DNA from: Myxococcales bacterium
GTDB taxonomy: Bacteria; Myxococcota_A; UBA9042; JABWCM01; BTVJ01
Length of the DNA: 64,000 nucleotides
Assembly: GCA_045863395.1 (NCBI GenBank)
Contig: BTVJ01000004.1
Coordinates: 1-64,000 of the forward strand
Reading direction: 5' to 3'
Shown: in pieces, positions 62,368 through 64,000 of the stretch
Layout: each line of letters starts with the position of its first letter
Position numbering within the stretch: position 1 is the stretch's first letter
Notes under the pieces: model-generated
What the model was told of the DNA's origin: nothing
Databases searched by the model: none
Seen by the model: the letters and a program-made list of their open reading frames with translations, nothing else
Translations under genes and position numbers: made by a program

Positions 62368-63492
62368 ATGGACACCGTCCTCGAGTTTCTGCGTGCCGGC
62401 GCCTTCGGCAACTTCACTCTCGGCAACCTGGCGATGCTGGTCGTCGGGTGCGCGTTCCTGTGGCTGGCCATCAAGAAGGACTACGAGCCCCTGCTGCTCG
62501 TGCCCATCGGCTTCGGGATCCTGGTCGGGAACATCCCCATGAAGGTGGGGATGAACATCGGCATCTACGAGGACGGCAGCGTCCTGTCCTTCCTCTACCA
62601 GGGCGTCACCAAGGGCTGGTATCCGCCGCTCATCTTCTTGGGCATCGGGGCCATGACCGACTTCTCGGCCATGCTGTCCCAGCCGCGGCTCATCCTCCTC
62701 GGCGCCGCGGCACAGATCGGCATCTTCGGGACGTTTCTCGGGGCGCTCGCCCTCGGGTTCGACGCGAAGCACGCCGCGGCCATCGGCATCATCGGTGGGG
62801 CGGACGGGCCCACCGCCATCTTCCTGTCCTCGAAGATGGCCCCAGACTACCTCGGGGCAATCGCCATCGCGGCATACTCGTACATGGCGCTCGTACCGGT
62901 GATTCAGCCGCCGATCATCCGGCTGCTGACTACCCGCAAGGAGCGCCTGATCCGCATGGCGCCATCCCGCCCGGTGAGCAAACGGACCCGCGTGCTGTTC
63001 CCCATCGTCGGCTTCCTGATCACCACGATGGTCGCACCGGGCGCCGTGACCCTGCTCGGCATGCTGTTCTTCGGCAACCTCTTGAAGGAGAGCGGCGTCA
63101 CGGAGCGTCTCGCCGCCACCGCGCGCACCTCCTTCGTCGACGCCATCACCATCCTGCTGGGCCTGACGGTGGGCGCGTCCACGGACGCCTCCCGGTTCCT
63201 CACCCCGGACTCCCTCAAGATCTTCGCGCTCGGAGCGGCGTCCTTCTGCGTGGCGACGGCGGGCGGGGTGCTGTTCGCCAAGGTGATCAACCTGTTCTCC
63301 AAGGACAAGATCAACCCGATCATCGGCGCGGCGGGGGTCTCGGCGGTGCCCGACTCGGCGCGGGTGTGCCAGATGGTGGGCGCCGAGGAGGACCCGAGCA
63401 ACTTCCTGATCATGCACGCCATGGCGCCCAACGTGGCCGGCGTCATCGGCTCGGCGGTGGCGGCGGGCGTGTTCCTGGCGAGCCGGATATAG
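62368..63492 (+). CDS. mmdB: Na+-translocating decarboxylase beta subunit
   Basis: YEPLLLVPIGFG, IGIIGGADGPTAIF, AAYSYMALVP, IGAAGVSAVP, HAMAPNVAGVIGSA. Confidence 0.93.
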   Translation: MDTVLEFLRAGAFGNFTLGNLAMLVVGCAFLWLAIKKDYEPLLLVPIGFGILVGNIPMKVGMNIGIYEDGSVLSFLYQGVTKGWYPPLIFLGIGAMTDFSAMLSQPRLILLGAAAQIGIFGTFLGALALGFDAKHAAAIGIIGGADGPTAIFLSSKMAPDYLGAIAIAAYSYMALVPVIQPPIIRLLTTRKERLIRMAPSRPVSKRTRVLFPIVGFLITTMVAPGAVTLLGMLFFGNLLKESGVTERLAATARTSFVDAITILLGLTVGASTDASRFLTPDSLKIFALGAASFCVATAGGVLFAKVINLFSKDKINPIIGAAGVSAVPDSARVCQMVGAEEDPSNFLIMHAMAPNVAGVIGSAVAAGVFLASRI

Positions 63493-63494
63493 CG

Positions 63495-64000
63495 TCAGGG
63501 GGCCGGAGCCTCCAGATCGGGCGTGGGCACGGGGGACAGGGCCGGAGGCTCCGCCTGCTTCGCTCCGCCCCCCGCCCCGAGTCCCGGTGCGGTGCCCGTG
63601 GCGGGAGGCGCGGTCCCCACCCCGTACCCCGGCGCCGCCCCTGCGGGTGGAGGCACGGTCACGATGCGCCGCGGCTTCCCCTCCGGCGGCGCGGCCTTGT
63701 CTCCCTGCGGCATGGCTGCCCTCTTCGCCTTCAGCCGAGCGCGCTCCAGGTCCATGATGCGCTCCGTGCACGCCCGCCAGGCCCGCATGTCCTGCGCCTG
63801 CTCCAGACAGGTCGCGTGCTCCGGCGGCCACCCCTTGCACTGGATCATCAGGTCGGGGAGGTCGAGATCGACCGCGTTCTTGCCCTGCGACGCGTTCAGG
63901 CGCTCTACATTGGCCAGGGCGCGGCCGCACGGGGAGTCGTCGAGCAGCGGCGCCTGGGCGACGCAGCGCCCCGCCTCGCAGCTCTGTCGCGCCGGACAGT
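63495..64000 (-). CDS. Hypothetical Cys-containing protein, 3' part (start outside window)
   Basis: Frame open to the window edge: CPARQSCEAGRCV...PCGRALANVERL...IQCKGWPPEHATCLEQAQDMRAWRAC, then a Pro-rich tail. Confidence 0.65.
   Translation of the reverse strand, partial: CPARQSCEAGRCVAQAPLLDDSPCGRALANVERLNASQGKNAVDLDLPDLMIQCKGWPPEHATCLEQAQDMRAWRACTERIMDLERARLKAKRAAMPQGDKAAPPEGKPRRIVTVPPPAGAAPGYGVGTAPPATGTAPGLGAGGGAKQAEPPALSPVPTPDLEAPAP

Overview
Very GC-rich bacterial DNA. The gene content (giant Cys-rich lipoproteins, a kinase-STAND-FGE protein) suggests a Myxococcota/deltaproteobacterial-type genome, though that is inference. Housekeeping and energy genes: methylmalonyl-CoA mutase catalytic subunit with biotin carrier and biotin carboxylase, korAB, lipA, fadD, srkA, cydAB, a PLP lyase, and a Na+-translocating acyl-CoA decarboxylase operon (mmdA-D-C-B) headed by a truncated pyruvate-kinase-like gene. 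These are interleaved with about 25 kb of disulfide-rich repeat surface lipoproteins and a triple-domain DsbA. The most unusual part is an accessory/defence-type island at ~23.7-30.8 kb. It holds an ABC-type ATPase + TOPRIM-like pair, a 106-bp element with 15-bp inverted ends that truncates a four-helix-bundle gene, a non-coding 44/45-bp array directly downstream of a small helical protein gene, an MmeI-like type II R-M enzyme, and back-to-back gene remnants. A second candidate module at 8-13.3 kb has a kinase-STAND-FGE receptor, a novel three-repeat protein and a caspase-fold (DUF4347-like) His/Cys protein. No rRNA, tRNA or CRISPR-Cas was seen. All family assignments come from motif recognition by eye, not database searches.
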